Shown piece by piece: positions 11,347 to 20,827 of a DNA stretch of 64,000 nt. The stretch is from positions 1 through 64,000 of the forward strand of contig CAWKDB010000010.1 in NCBI GenBank assembly GCA_963848295.1, read 5' to 3'. Under the pieces are notes generated by a model. That model searched no databases, was not told where the DNA came from, and saw only the letters and a list, made by a program, of their open reading frames with translations. The position numbers and the translations under genes are program-made. Position 1 is the first letter of the stretch; each line of letters starts with the position of its first letter. The stretch comes from an uncultured delta proteobacterium. GTDB taxonomy: Bacteria > Myxococcota_A > Polyangia > Haliangiales > Haliangiaceae.

Positions 11347-11371
11347 CGCGGCCTCAACGCTGGAGGGGCCC

Positions 11372-12532
11372 TTGAGAAACCGCGTCATCGTCGTCGGTCT
11401 AGCTTGTCTCGCTGCCGCTTGTGGTCCCCATCGCGGCGACGATGGCGGCGGTGGTGGTGGCGGTGGCGGTGGCGGTGGCGATGCCGCCGCGTGCGCCAGC
11501 TCGGTGGTCAAGGCCGAGCAAATCCCGCTCGATATCTACATCATGCTCGATCAGTCGTCGTCGATGACCGACACGGTCGCCGGTGGTGGCGACAAGTGGA
11601 CGGCGGTCACCGACGCGCTCAATGCGTTCGTCCAACAGCCGGGGCTCACCGGCGTCTCCGTCGGCTTGCAATACTTCGGCGTTCCAGCCGGTGGCGCGAA
11701 CGCGTGCACCGTCGACTTCTGCGCGGTGGATGCCGATTGCGGCGCCGCCGCGTGCGGTCCGTGCGAAGGCGCGGACGGCTTCGGGATCTGCCTCGGCGCC
11801 GCCGCATCCGGTGGCGACTCGTGCACCGCAAGTGACTACGCGACGCCCGCGGTCGAGATCGCTCCGCTGCCCGGGGTTGCCGCCGCGATCACGAGCTCGA
11901 TGGGTGTCCACTCGCCGACGACCTCGACCCCGACGTCCGCGGCGTTGCAGGGCGCGATCGATCACGCGTCGTCGTGGGCGACCAACCACGCCGGCGACGC
12001 GGTCGTCGCGGTGCTCGCGACCGATGGCGATCCGACCGAATGTGACACGTCGCTCCCCGACATCAACGCGATCGCCGCTGCCGGCGTCGCCGCGACGCCG
12101 AAGATCCTCACGTTCGTGATCGGCGTAGGCGCGGACCTCTCGAACCTCAACGGGATCGCCGCCGCGGGCGGCACGAGCTCGGCGTTCCTCGTCGACACCG
12201 GCGGCAACGTCAACCAGCAGTTCCTCGACGCGATGAACGCGATCCGTCACGCCGCGCTCGGCTGCGTCTATCAGATCCCGCTGCCGACCGACGGCAGCAT
12301 GCCGAACTTCCAAGAGGTCAATGTCGAGTACACGCCGGGTAGCGGCTCGCAGCAGACGATCCCGTACGTCAACGATCAGGGCAGCTGCCCGTCGAGCGGC
12401 AACGCCTGGTACTACGACAATGCGGCGAACCCGACGCAGATCATCCTGTGCAGCGCGGCGTGCGGCACGATCGAGGCTGACACCGCCGGCCAAGTGAACA
12501 TCACGCTCGGCTGCGCGACGATCATCCAATAG
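11372..12532 (+). CDS. vWA-domain lipoprotein
   Basis: LAAAC lipobox, poly-Gly linker, MIDAS DQSSSM..TPT..LATDGDP, TFVIGVG and IAAAGGT. Confidence 0.85.
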   Translation: MRNRVIVVGLACLAAACGPHRGDDGGGGGGGGGGGGDAAACASSVVKAEQIPLDIYIMLDQSSSMTDTVAGGGDKWTAVTDALNAFVQQPGLTGVSVGLQYFGVPAGGANACTVDFCAVDADCGAAACGPCEGADGFGICLGAAASGGDSCTASDYATPAVEIAPLPGVAAAITSSMGVHSPTTSTPTSAALQGAIDHASSWATNHAGDAVVAVLATDGDPTECDTSLPDINAIAAAGVAATPKILTFVIGVGADLSNLNGIAAAGGTSSAFLVDTGGNVNQQFLDAMNAIRHAALGCVYQIPLPTDGSMPNFQEVNVEYTPGSGSQQTIPYVNDQGSCPSSGNAWYYDNAANPTQIILCSAACGTIEADTAGQVNITLGCATIIQ

Positions 12533-12579
12533 CGCGGCGTGACCGAAGGTCGAGCGGGTTTCGTGACACGCTAACCGCG

Positions 12580-13992
12580 ATGGACCTCCTCGCTCGAACG
12601 ACCGCAGGCACGGCGCGCGGCGTCGCACGTGATCGCGTGCGCGTGTGGAAAGGCATCCCGTACGCGGCGCCGCCGGTCGGCCCGTTGCGGTTTCGTCCGC
12701 CGGTCGCGCCGGAGCCGTGGCACGGCGAGCGCGATTGTGCGCATGCCGGGCCGGTCGCGATGCAGGCGCGCGAGAACGCGATGGCCGGCTTCGGCGACAA
12801 GACGGTGTTCTCCGAGGACTGCTTGTCGCTGAACGTGTTCGCACCCGCGACCGGCGCGAATCATCCCGTGATGGTGTGGATCCACGGCGGCGCGTTCATC
12901 ATGGGCAGCGGGTCCGTGCCGCTCTACGACGGCGCGTCGTTCGCCGCGCGTCACGACCTCGTCGTGGTCACGATCAACTATCGGCTCGGCCTGTTCGGCT
13001 TCCTCTACCTGGGCGACGAAGGCAACGTCGGCCTACTCGATCAGGTCGCGGCGTTGCGCTGGGTGCGCGACAACATCGCGGCGTTCGGCGGCGACCCGGG
13101 CGCGGTCACCTTGATGGGCGAATCGGCGGGCGCGATGTCGATCGCGTACTTGCTCGGGATGCCGGCCGCGCGCGGCCTGTTCCACCGCGCGGTCCTCGAG
13201 AGCGGCGCCGGCTCGCTCGAGCCTCCGACGCGCGACGACGCGACCGCGGTCACGTCCGGCGTGCTCGCCGAGCTCGGCGCGACCGCCGCGACGATCGCCG
13301 ACGTGCCGGCCAATCGGATCGTCGCCGCGCAAGCGACGATGTTGCGCGCGCGCGGGCTCGGCGCGATCTCGCCGTACCTCGATGGCGTCACGGTGACGCG
13401 CAGCCCGTCGGCGTCGGCGCGCGCCGGGGACGTCGCGAACGTGCCGGTGCTGATCGGGACGAACCGCGACGAGTGGAACCTGTTCGACGTCGTGATGCCG
13501 GCGACGACCGAGATCGCGGCGGCTCAGGTCCGCGGCCGGCTCGGCGCGGACACCGACCGCGTGCGCGCGGCGTATCGCAGCTGGAGCGATCTCGTCGGTG
13601 ACGTCGTGTTCCGCATCCCGGCGATCCGGCTCGCCGAGGCGTTCCCCGGGCCGGTCTACATGTATCGGTTCGACGTCGCATCGCCGGCGTTCGGCGGCCG
13701 GCTCGGCGCGGCGCACGCGCTCGAGTTGCCGCTCGTGTGGAACCAGCTCGCGAATCCCTTCGTGACGATGTTGTTCGGCGGCGACATCGCGCCGTTCACC
13801 GCGATCGGGCTGCAACTGCACGATACGTGGTCGGCGTTCATCCGCACCGGCGTGCCCGAAGGGGGCGGCCTGCCGGCGTGGCCGCTGTACGACGCTGTAC
13901 GTCGAGCGACGCTCGTCATCGATCGCGCGCCGCAAGGCTCGCGGGTCGTCGACGATCCGGGCCGCGAGCAACGCGAGCTGTGGCCGAGCTGA
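12580..13992 (+). CDS. Carboxylesterase type B (pnbA-like)
   Basis: GIPYAAPP, SEDCLSLN, WIHGG, GESAG nucleophile, GTNRDE and GAAHALE. Confidence 0.92.
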   Translation: MDLLARTTAGTARGVARDRVRVWKGIPYAAPPVGPLRFRPPVAPEPWHGERDCAHAGPVAMQARENAMAGFGDKTVFSEDCLSLNVFAPATGANHPVMVWIHGGAFIMGSGSVPLYDGASFAARHDLVVVTINYRLGLFGFLYLGDEGNVGLLDQVAALRWVRDNIAAFGGDPGAVTLMGESAGAMSIAYLLGMPAARGLFHRAVLESGAGSLEPPTRDDATAVTSGVLAELGATAATIADVPANRIVAAQATMLRARGLGAISPYLDGVTVTRSPSASARAGDVANVPVLIGTNRDEWNLFDVVMPATTEIAAAQVRGRLGADTDRVRAAYRSWSDLVGDVVFRIPAIRLAEAFPGPVYMYRFDVASPAFGGRLGAAHALELPLVWNQLANPFVTMLFGGDIAPFTAIGLQLHDTWSAFIRTGVPEGGGLPAWPLYDAVRRATLVIDRAPQGSRVVDDPGREQRELWPS

Positions 13993-14332
13993 AGATCTCG
14001 CGAGCCGCCCGGCCGATGCACGCGGTCGTGCGTCACCACGCGGGCCGGCGCTCGGAGTAGCGGTGGCGACTCGCCCCCTCACCGTCTCGGCGCGGTCCCA
14101 TCCCCATGTAGGGCCCTGATCTCGGCAGCATCGCTGTAACAAAATACGCTGAGCTGAAAGCTCTCGAGCGCGGCTCCACCGAGGATCACGCTCGCGATGC
14201 GATCGCGACCAAGCTGGACGCAGGCACCGCGCGAGGGTGGTGTCTTCGGCCCCGGGAGATTCCCCCATGCGCGACACCGTTTTCGCAAGTCGATCCAGGA
14301 CGAGGGCACGAATCCCGCAAAGGTCGCTCACC

Positions 14333-16030
14333 ATGCGCACGTCATTGAGCGTGGTCCTCGCGATCGCCGCATGCGGTAACGATCACGGCAAGCCGAACGT
14401 CACGCCCGACGCAGGCACACCGCCGGGCGGCAGCACGGTCGTCTACTTGACGCCGATCCAACACCTGAGCCGCGCATCGCTCGCGCTGCGGGGCGTGCGG
14501 CCGTCGCTGCAGGATCTACAAGACGTCAGCGCCGATCCGTCGCAACTGCCGGCGAAGGTCGACGCCTACCTCGAGACGCCCGAGTTCGGCGACATGATCA
14601 TGGACCTCCACAACGAGGCGTTGCTGTTGCGCATCGAGTACCCGCTCTACGTGCCCAACGTCGGCACGTTGCCCGACGGTACGACGTTCACGGATATGGC
14701 CGGGTCGTTCGACGAGCCGTTACAGCTGATCCGCGACATCGTGATGACGAACCAACCGTACTCGAACATCGTGACCGCGCCTTACACGATGGCGAACACC
14801 ATCGTCGCCGGGATGTGGCAGGTGACGCCGACGGTTCCGCCGACCGATACGACGACTTGGGTGCGTGCGACGTGGAATGACGGACGCCCGGCCGCCGGCA
14901 TCTTGTCGACGTCGATCCTGTGGCAGCGCTGGATGTCCGCCGGGTTCAACTACGATCGCGGTCGCGCGAACATGGTGTCGCGCGCGCTGCTCTGCCACGA
15001 CTTTCTCCAATCCGACATCGCGGTCGACACGTCGGTCGATCTGTCCGATCCCGAAGCGGTCGCAAAGGCGGTGCAGACCAACGCTTCGTGCGCGGGCTGC
15101 CATCAGACGCTCGACCCACTCGCGAGCTACTTCTTCGCGAACGCCGACTCGCAGCAATCGTTCCCCTCGTGGCCGGCCTCGACCTACAACCCGAGGAACA
15201 TCAACCGGTGGATGACCACGAACGAACGGCCGCCCGGTTACTTCGGCGACGCGCCGGCCGGTGTCGACGGACTCGGCCAGGCGATCGCGGCCGATCCGCG
15301 GTTCCGGCAATGCGCCGCGATCAACTTCGCCACGTTCATGACCCAGGTGTCGCGCGATCAGCTCCCGGATGCATGGATCGCGGATCTCCAGAGCCAGTTC
15401 GAGCAGAGCAACCTGTCGGCGAAGGCGCTGGCACGAGCGATCGTGCTGTCCGATCAGTTCCGCGTCGCGTACGACACCGATCCGACGAAGGCCGAGGCCA
15501 CGGTCGGCTATCTCAAGATCCGACCCGAGCAGCTATCGCGCATGCTGTACGACCTCACCGGGTTCACGTGGACCACGACGTCGACCGCGAAGACGCCCGA
15601 CGTGGTCGGCTTGACGAACCTCCTGACGAGCGACTACATCGGCTTCCGCGCACTCGGCGGCGGTATCGATTCGTACTTCGTGACATCGCCCGTGCTGACG
15701 ATGAACGCGACGTCGACGTTGACCGCAAGGTTCGCCGCCGCGGCCGCGGCGGACTTCGTGATCCAGCACGATGCTGCCGCTGCCCCGGCCGATCGCACGC
15801 TCATGACCCAGGCGGACGTCACGTCGACAGACGAGCCGACCGTACGCGCCGAGCTCGTCTACCTGCACGCGCGAATCTTCGGCGAGCTCGTCACCGCAGA
15901 TGATCCGTCGATCACCACGACGTACACGATGTTGTTTCAACCCGCGCTCGAGCAGAGCGGCGATCCGCAACGCGCATGGACCGTCACGCTCATCGGCATG
16001 CTGACCGATGTTCGCAGCCTCTACTACTAA
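14333..16030 (+). CDS. DUF1588/DUF1585-like lipoprotein with a CxxCH motif
   Basis: IAAC lipobox; RASLALRGVRPS; RANMVSRALLC; CAGCHQTLDPLA; DPRFRQC. Confidence 0.7.
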   Translation: MRTSLSVVLAIAACGNDHGKPNVTPDAGTPPGGSTVVYLTPIQHLSRASLALRGVRPSLQDLQDVSADPSQLPAKVDAYLETPEFGDMIMDLHNEALLLRIEYPLYVPNVGTLPDGTTFTDMAGSFDEPLQLIRDIVMTNQPYSNIVTAPYTMANTIVAGMWQVTPTVPPTDTTTWVRATWNDGRPAAGILSTSILWQRWMSAGFNYDRGRANMVSRALLCHDFLQSDIAVDTSVDLSDPEAVAKAVQTNASCAGCHQTLDPLASYFFANADSQQSFPSWPASTYNPRNINRWMTTNERPPGYFGDAPAGVDGLGQAIAADPRFRQCAAINFATFMTQVSRDQLPDAWIADLQSQFEQSNLSAKALARAIVLSDQFRVAYDTDPTKAEATVGYLKIRPEQLSRMLYDLTGFTWTTTSTAKTPDVVGLTNLLTSDYIGFRALGGGIDSYFVTSPVLTMNATSTLTARFAAAAAADFVIQHDAAAAPADRTLMTQADVTSTDEPTVRAELVYLHARIFGELVTADDPSITTTYTMLFQPALEQSGDPQRAWTVTLIGMLTDVRSLYY

Positions 16031-16039
16031 GGAGCCCCT

Positions 16040-17356
16040 ATGAACCGACGCGATCTACTCAAGTACGGTGCCGCGGCGTTCACGCTAGGAGCGCTCGACC
16101 CGCTCCTACGCACGCGCAAGGCGACGGCTGGGGCCCCGGGTCCGGCGCGCCGCTTGATGCTCGTGTTCGCGCAGGGCGGCTGGGACACGACCTACTCGGT
16201 CGATCCGAAGACCCAGTCGTCCGAGATCGATATTCCGGACGGCGGGGTCGGCTGCCAGGTCAAGACCTACGGCTCCGGAGGCCTCGACGCGTTCCTCACG
16301 AGCGGGCCGGCTGGAACCAGCGTCGATGCGTTCTTCAGCGCGTACGCGGCGAACACCGCGATCGTTCGCGGCATCTCGGTCGCGAGCGTCGCACACGCCG
16401 AGTGTGCGAAGCGGATGTGCACCGGCACGCGCAATTCGACGAGCCCCGACATGGGTGCGATCGTCGCGCACGATCTCGCGGACAGTCTACCGTTGCCGTA
16501 CCTGATCCTCGGCGACACCGCATTTTCCGGACCGTACGCGGCCAGCGCGGGCCGAGTCGGACCGACGAACCAGATCATCGCGTTGCTCGATCCGAAGCAG
16601 GCGTATCAGACCGGCAGTAGCCCGCCGTTTACGACGACGAGCGCCGAGGACGACATCCTCCAGGCGTACTCGATGGCGTCGGCCACCGCGACGCGAACCG
16701 ATCGTGCGGCGAACGGTTACAACGCGGCGCGGGTCGACGACCTCACGTTTTCGCTGCAGCACGCGCGACTCCTCCAAGGCAAGGCTGCGAGCTTCGGCCA
16801 CCGCGGCGCGACGTTGAAGCTCGGCGATCAAGTCACGCTCGGCGTGACCGCGTTGCAGCAGGGTATCGCGCAGTCCGTGATGCTCAACACCGAGCTCAAG
16901 TGGGACACCCACTCGCAAAACACCGACCAGGAGACTTCGCATCAAGCGTTGTTCGACGGGCTCAAGCAGTTGCTCGACGCGCTCGCGACGACACCCGGAC
17001 AACAGTCCGGCACGTACATGATCGACGACACGTGCGTCGTCGTATTTTCCGAGATGGGGCGCACGCCGAAGCTCAATGCGAACTCGCAGCCGGGCAAGGA
17101 TCACTGGCCGGTCACGTCGGCGATGGTGATCGGCGCGGGCGTCAAAGGCGGCGTCGTCTTGGGCGCAACGACCGACGGGCTCGACGGCACGAATGGCATG
17201 CAAGCCGAGCTCCTCGACTTCACGACCGGCGCGGTGTCGTCGACCGGACAGTCGCTGATGTTCCAGAACTTCGCGGCGGGCGTGCTGCAACTGTGTGGCG
17301 TGGATCCGTCGACCCACTTCTCCAACACACCGGTGTTCGATGCGTTTATCGCATAA
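16040..17356 (+). CDS. DUF1501 family Tat-exported protein
   Basis: MNRRDLLK twin-arginine signal; GGWD, WDTH, SEMGRTP, GKDHW and GAGVKGG; AGGAG RBS. Confidence 0.88.
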   Translation: MNRRDLLKYGAAAFTLGALDPLLRTRKATAGAPGPARRLMLVFAQGGWDTTYSVDPKTQSSEIDIPDGGVGCQVKTYGSGGLDAFLTSGPAGTSVDAFFSAYAANTAIVRGISVASVAHAECAKRMCTGTRNSTSPDMGAIVAHDLADSLPLPYLILGDTAFSGPYAASAGRVGPTNQIIALLDPKQAYQTGSSPPFTTTSAEDDILQAYSMASATATRTDRAANGYNAARVDDLTFSLQHARLLQGKAASFGHRGATLKLGDQVTLGVTALQQGIAQSVMLNTELKWDTHSQNTDQETSHQALFDGLKQLLDALATTPGQQSGTYMIDDTCVVVFSEMGRTPKLNANSQPGKDHWPVTSAMVIGAGVKGGVVLGATTDGLDGTNGMQAELLDFTTGAVSSTGQSLMFQNFAAGVLQLCGVDPSTHFSNTPVFDAFIA

Positions 17357-17777
17357 GGCCCTCATCATCACCGCACTCGTCGCGGGCTGCGGCCACGAAC
17401 CCGGTGCCGGTCCCGATGCGAGCGTGTTCGTGCCGTTACCGGATGGCGCGAGCTGCGCGAATTCCTACATGACGTACGACAACTTCGGCGCGCCGTTCAT
17501 GGCGAACTGGTGTCAGGGCTGCCACAGCGCGAGCCTCCCCGACGACATGCGGCAAGGCTCACCGATGGACGCGAACTTCGACACGCTCGCCGACGTCAAG
17601 CAATGGGCCGAGAAGATCGCGGTGTGCGCCGACGGCGACGGCTCGCAAGGTTCCGCGATGGGCTGCCCGCCCGCTGATCCGCCGACCGGTAAGCCACCGA
17701 TGCCGCCGTCGGGCGGTCCACCTGCCGATGATCGCGAAGCCCTGGCGGAGTGGATCGCCTGCGGAGCGAACCCATGA
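17340..17777 (+). CDS. Small mono-heme c-type cytochrome lipoprotein
   Basis: LVAGC lipobox, CQGCH, distal MPP and WIACGA end; overlaps the upstream stop codon. Confidence 0.75.
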   Translation: MRLSHKALIITALVAGCGHEPGAGPDASVFVPLPDGASCANSYMTYDNFGAPFMANWCQGCHSASLPDDMRQGSPMDANFDTLADVKQWAEKIAVCADGDGSQGSAMGCPPADPPTGKPPMPPSGGPPADDREALAEWIACGANP

Positions 17778-18964
17778 GGTCACTCCCAGCGCTCGTTGCC
17801 TTCGCGCTCGGCTGCGGCGGCAGCCACCTCGATGCCGGCGTCGACAGCAACAGCGGGATCGACAGTGGCCACGACGGCGTCGTCGATCACGATGCTGCCG
17901 CGTTCTCGCCCCTTGTCTCGAGCTGTGCGGTGACCACGACGACGTTCGCGCCGAACCCATGTCCGCCGCCGGCGAGCGCGCACGGCAAGGCCGACTTCTG
18001 CTTTCGCCCGCAATGGCAAGGCGTGACCGCGGTCGACCTCTACGGTCAGTTCTCGCCTGGCGACGACTGGTCGAGGCCGCGCGCGTCACTGACCGACGAC
18101 GGCACCGGCACGTTCATCGTCACGGGCGTGACCGTGCCCGACGGCGGACCCTATCCTTATCTGTTCAAGGTCACCGGCGACACCGACAACGTCGTCACGG
18201 GCAATACCTGGTTCGAAGACCAGACGAACCCGGCGTTCATCGGGCCGATCGACGGCGCGCCGATCAAGCGCTCGATCTCGAGCCTCACCGTACCGCAGCC
18301 GGCCGCCGCGGCGCTGCACCATGTCACCGGCAAGGTGATGTACGGCGACGCAGCGCAGCCGTGCTTCATCGTCGCGATCGATGTCGGCGAGGTGCTCGAC
18401 GGCACGAAGGTCGTGTCGGAGCATTCGACGGGGAACTACGCCGAGACCGCTGCCGATGGCAGCTATGACTTCGCGATCGCCAACGGCCAAGTCCAGACTG
18501 CGGTGCGCTATCCGTTCTTTCTCGCCGGGGCGACCGCCCCGTATCCCGATCCTATGACGACGCCGTCGATCGGCATCGCGCGTCAGACGGTCCAGCTCGC
18601 CGGCGCCGACATCGCGCTCGACCCGCTCGATGTCACGTTCGCGGCGACCGACTACGCCGCGATGTCGCCGACGTCCGGCACCGCGCCGCTGCCGACGAAA
18701 GCCGCGCCGCTGACGTTCACGATCGACCTGATCGCCGGCGCGCAGACCGCGACGATCGCGGTGATCGGCAACAACATCGCTGGCGACGATGCCGACTTTC
18801 AGAGCAAGCCCAGCACGATGACCTCGGTGGAATGGGACGGCACGATCGGCATGAACGGCTCGGCCCAGGCCGACACGCCGTACTTCTGGGGTACGTGGCA
18901 GCAACTCGCGACCTGGAACGAACAGAGCCTGTTGTTCCCGATCGAGTTCCCGAGCAGTGACTAG
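17774..18964 (+). CDS. Lipoprotein with a CBM48/early-set-like domain
   Basis: ALGC lipobox; VDLYGQF..DW..LTDDGTGTF..YPYLFKV..WFEDQTNP; ATGA overlap with the cytochrome gene. Confidence 0.6.
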   Translation: MRSLPALVAFALGCGGSHLDAGVDSNSGIDSGHDGVVDHDAAAFSPLVSSCAVTTTTFAPNPCPPPASAHGKADFCFRPQWQGVTAVDLYGQFSPGDDWSRPRASLTDDGTGTFIVTGVTVPDGGPYPYLFKVTGDTDNVVTGNTWFEDQTNPAFIGPIDGAPIKRSISSLTVPQPAAAALHHVTGKVMYGDAAQPCFIVAIDVGEVLDGTKVVSEHSTGNYAETAADGSYDFAIANGQVQTAVRYPFFLAGATAPYPDPMTTPSIGIARQTVQLAGADIALDPLDVTFAATDYAAMSPTSGTAPLPTKAAPLTFTIDLIAGAQTATIAVIGNNIAGDDADFQSKPSTMTSVEWDGTIGMNGSAQADTPYFWGTWQQLATWNEQSLLFPIEFPSSD

Positions 18965-19020
18965 GGCACGAGGCGGGCGTGGGCCGCGACGAGCCGCTCG
19001 CGATCGCTGTGCGCGCTGAA

Positions 19021-19956
19021 CTAGGGGCCGGAGAACGGCATCGGCGGATCGGGCTCGACCGGCGGCGCCCGGACATAGCCGATGACCGGGCCCCACGGGG
19101 CATCGACCGTGACCTCGAGCCAGGCGTTGTTCGTCTCGCGCGTGTGCTCGAGCATGCCGTCGACGAGCCCGATCACCGCCGCATCGTCGCTCGGCGCGGC
19201 GCGCAGGCACGTACCGACAGGGACGCCGACGCCGCTCGGCTTCGGCATCACGCCTTCGATCGTGTCGTCGCTGAAATCGAGCCGCCGCACCTGATGGCGC
19301 GCCAGCACCTGCTCCGGCCGCGGCGCCGCGACCCAGCCTTTGACGAGGGCGACGCCGTCGTCCGCCGTGACGTGCTCCCAGCCGATCGGCGCGTCGGTGA
19401 AGTCGAGCGCGACCGGGAGAGTGCCGTCCACGGTGGCGATCTCGGGCGCCGAGGGATCGGGCTCGGCGCGCAGGTGTGCGAACCTCTCCAAGCGAGCTCG
19501 GCCCGGGTGCCGCGCGGCCGGCTGCCAGACTCGGCGGCTCGCGGTCGCTGGAATCCAGCCGTCGACCGAGACCGGGCCGACGTGATGGATATGGAACCAG
19601 CCGTGATCGTCGTGATCGGGGAGCGCCGCGCCCTGTTCGACCCATGCACCGATCGGCGGACCGCCCGGGATTTCGCTCAGTGGTGCGAGCGTGGCCACCA
19701 CCGGCGTGAGCGCGCTCAGCGGACGGTACGCCGCGACGATCACCCCGGTCGATTCGTCCGCGAGCCCGGCGATCGTCCCGTTCAGTCCTATGACGATGAC
19801 CTCGCGACCACCGAGCACCGCTCGCCACGGGGAGCTCGCCGCGGTGTGCCACTCCGCCGGGTAGCAGGGTGGCGCGACGTGGCTCGCGAGTTGGCTCGCG
19901 CTTCGCGATCCGGCGCAGCTCAGCGCGACGCTCGCGACAACGACCCCGATCCGCAC
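19021..19956 (-). CDS. Hypothetical lipoprotein, possibly with SH3b-like repeats
   Basis: ALSC lipobox; LRAEP/LRAAP..W..V..GWV/GYV patterns. Confidence 0.55.
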   Translation of the reverse strand: MRIGVVVASVALSCAGSRSASQLASHVAPPCYPAEWHTAASSPWRAVLGGREVIVIGLNGTIAGLADESTGVIVAAYRPLSALTPVVATLAPLSEIPGGPPIGAWVEQGAALPDHDDHGWFHIHHVGPVSVDGWIPATASRRVWQPAARHPGRARLERFAHLRAEPDPSAPEIATVDGTLPVALDFTDAPIGWEHVTADDGVALVKGWVAAPRPEQVLARHQVRRLDFSDDTIEGVMPKPSGVGVPVGTCLRAAPSDDAAVIGLVDGMLEHTRETNNAWLEVTVDAPWGPVIGYVRAPPVEPDPPMPFSGP

Positions 19957-19990
19957 ATCGCGTAGACACCGCCGCGGGCTCGTGGTTGCG

Positions 19991-20734
19991 TCAATCTGCC
20001 TGCACGCACAGCTCGATCTGGTTGACGACGAGCGAGTCCGACGACGGGCCCGCCTTGATCCGGATCAGCGCGCCGTCATCGCCCGGAGCGAGTGCGGACG
20101 TAATGTCGGCCGAGTACCACGCGTAGGGCGCGACGTTGCTGACCAGGTCGGTCGGCGCCGAGCCGGTGTCGACGAACGTCTGCCAGTTGAAGCTGCCGGA
20201 CGTATCGACGTCGTAGCTGCGCCCGAGGATCGACAGGGTCGCCGACGCGATCGAGGTGACCCCGACCGTCGACAGCTCGATGTCGATGAAGTCATCATCG
20301 CCGAGCGCGACCCCGCCCGCGCCGAGGAACGGGTCGACGAACGATGGCGTAAATCCGATCTCGTAGCCGTACGCGTCGGTGTGATCGCGCGAGTGGTCGG
20401 GCAAGCCGTCGACGTCGTACACCACGTACGCCGTACCGTCGCCATCGGCCCAGGTCACGCGATATGCCGTCGCACCCGCGCTGCCGGAGAGGCACGGGCC
20501 GCCGGTGATGATACCGGTCGTCGTAGCGCCATCGAGATGCCCGCCGCCATCGAGGTGCCCGCCGCCGTCGCGATGCTCGCCGCCGTCGAGATGCTCGCCG
20601 CCGTCGACGTGATCGCCGCCGCCGCTATCGAGATGCCCGCCGCCGCCGCCTCCATCCGCGCCCGCACCGTCGCGACCCGCTCGGCCGCAGGCGACGACCC
20701 CGCACAGAGCGACCGAGAGCGCGAGCCGATTCAT
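19991..20734 (-). CDS. Hypothetical lipoprotein with a GGxHxD repeat linker
   Basis: VVAC lipobox, six Gly/His/Asp repeats and a beta-rich acidic C-terminal domain. Confidence 0.7.
   Translation of the reverse strand: MNRLALSVALCGVVACGRAGRDGAGADGGGGGGHLDSGGGDHVDGGEHLDGGEHRDGGGHLDGGGHLDGATTTGIITGGPCLSGSAGATAYRVTWADGDGTAYVVYDVDGLPDHSRDHTDAYGYEIGFTPSFVDPFLGAGGVALGDDDFIDIELSTVGVTSIASATLSILGRSYDVDTSGSFNWQTFVDTGSAPTDLVSNVAPYAWYSADITSALAPGDDGALIRIKAGPSSDSLVVNQIELCVQAD
20531..20644. repeat. 18-bp coding tandem repeat, 6 units
   Basis: ATCGAGATGCCCGCCGCC-like units at 20531, 20549, 20567, 20585, 20603 (24 bp) and 20627. Confidence 0.85.
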
Positions 20735-20783
20735 CGCGCCGGTTCTATCGCAAAGCCGCCGCCGTTCAACGGATAGTTTCGGC

Positions 20784-20810
20784 CGCGACGCGATCAGGGC
20801 GGCTCAGTCG
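20784..20810. repeat. 27-bp direct repeat, copy 1
   Basis: CGCGACGCGATCAGGGCGGCTCAGTCG, identical to 22074-22100. Confidence 0.95.
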
Positions 20811-20827
20811 CCCGCTAAAGGGACTCC

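Noticed and set aside
11443..11479. GGC/GGT microsatellite as a phase-variation tract
   Set aside because: In-frame poly-Gly linker with mixed codons.
13993..14332. 340-bp intergenic region as a riboswitch or ncRNA
   Set aside because: No recognisable riboswitch consensus by eye; an Rfam/Infernal scan would be needed.
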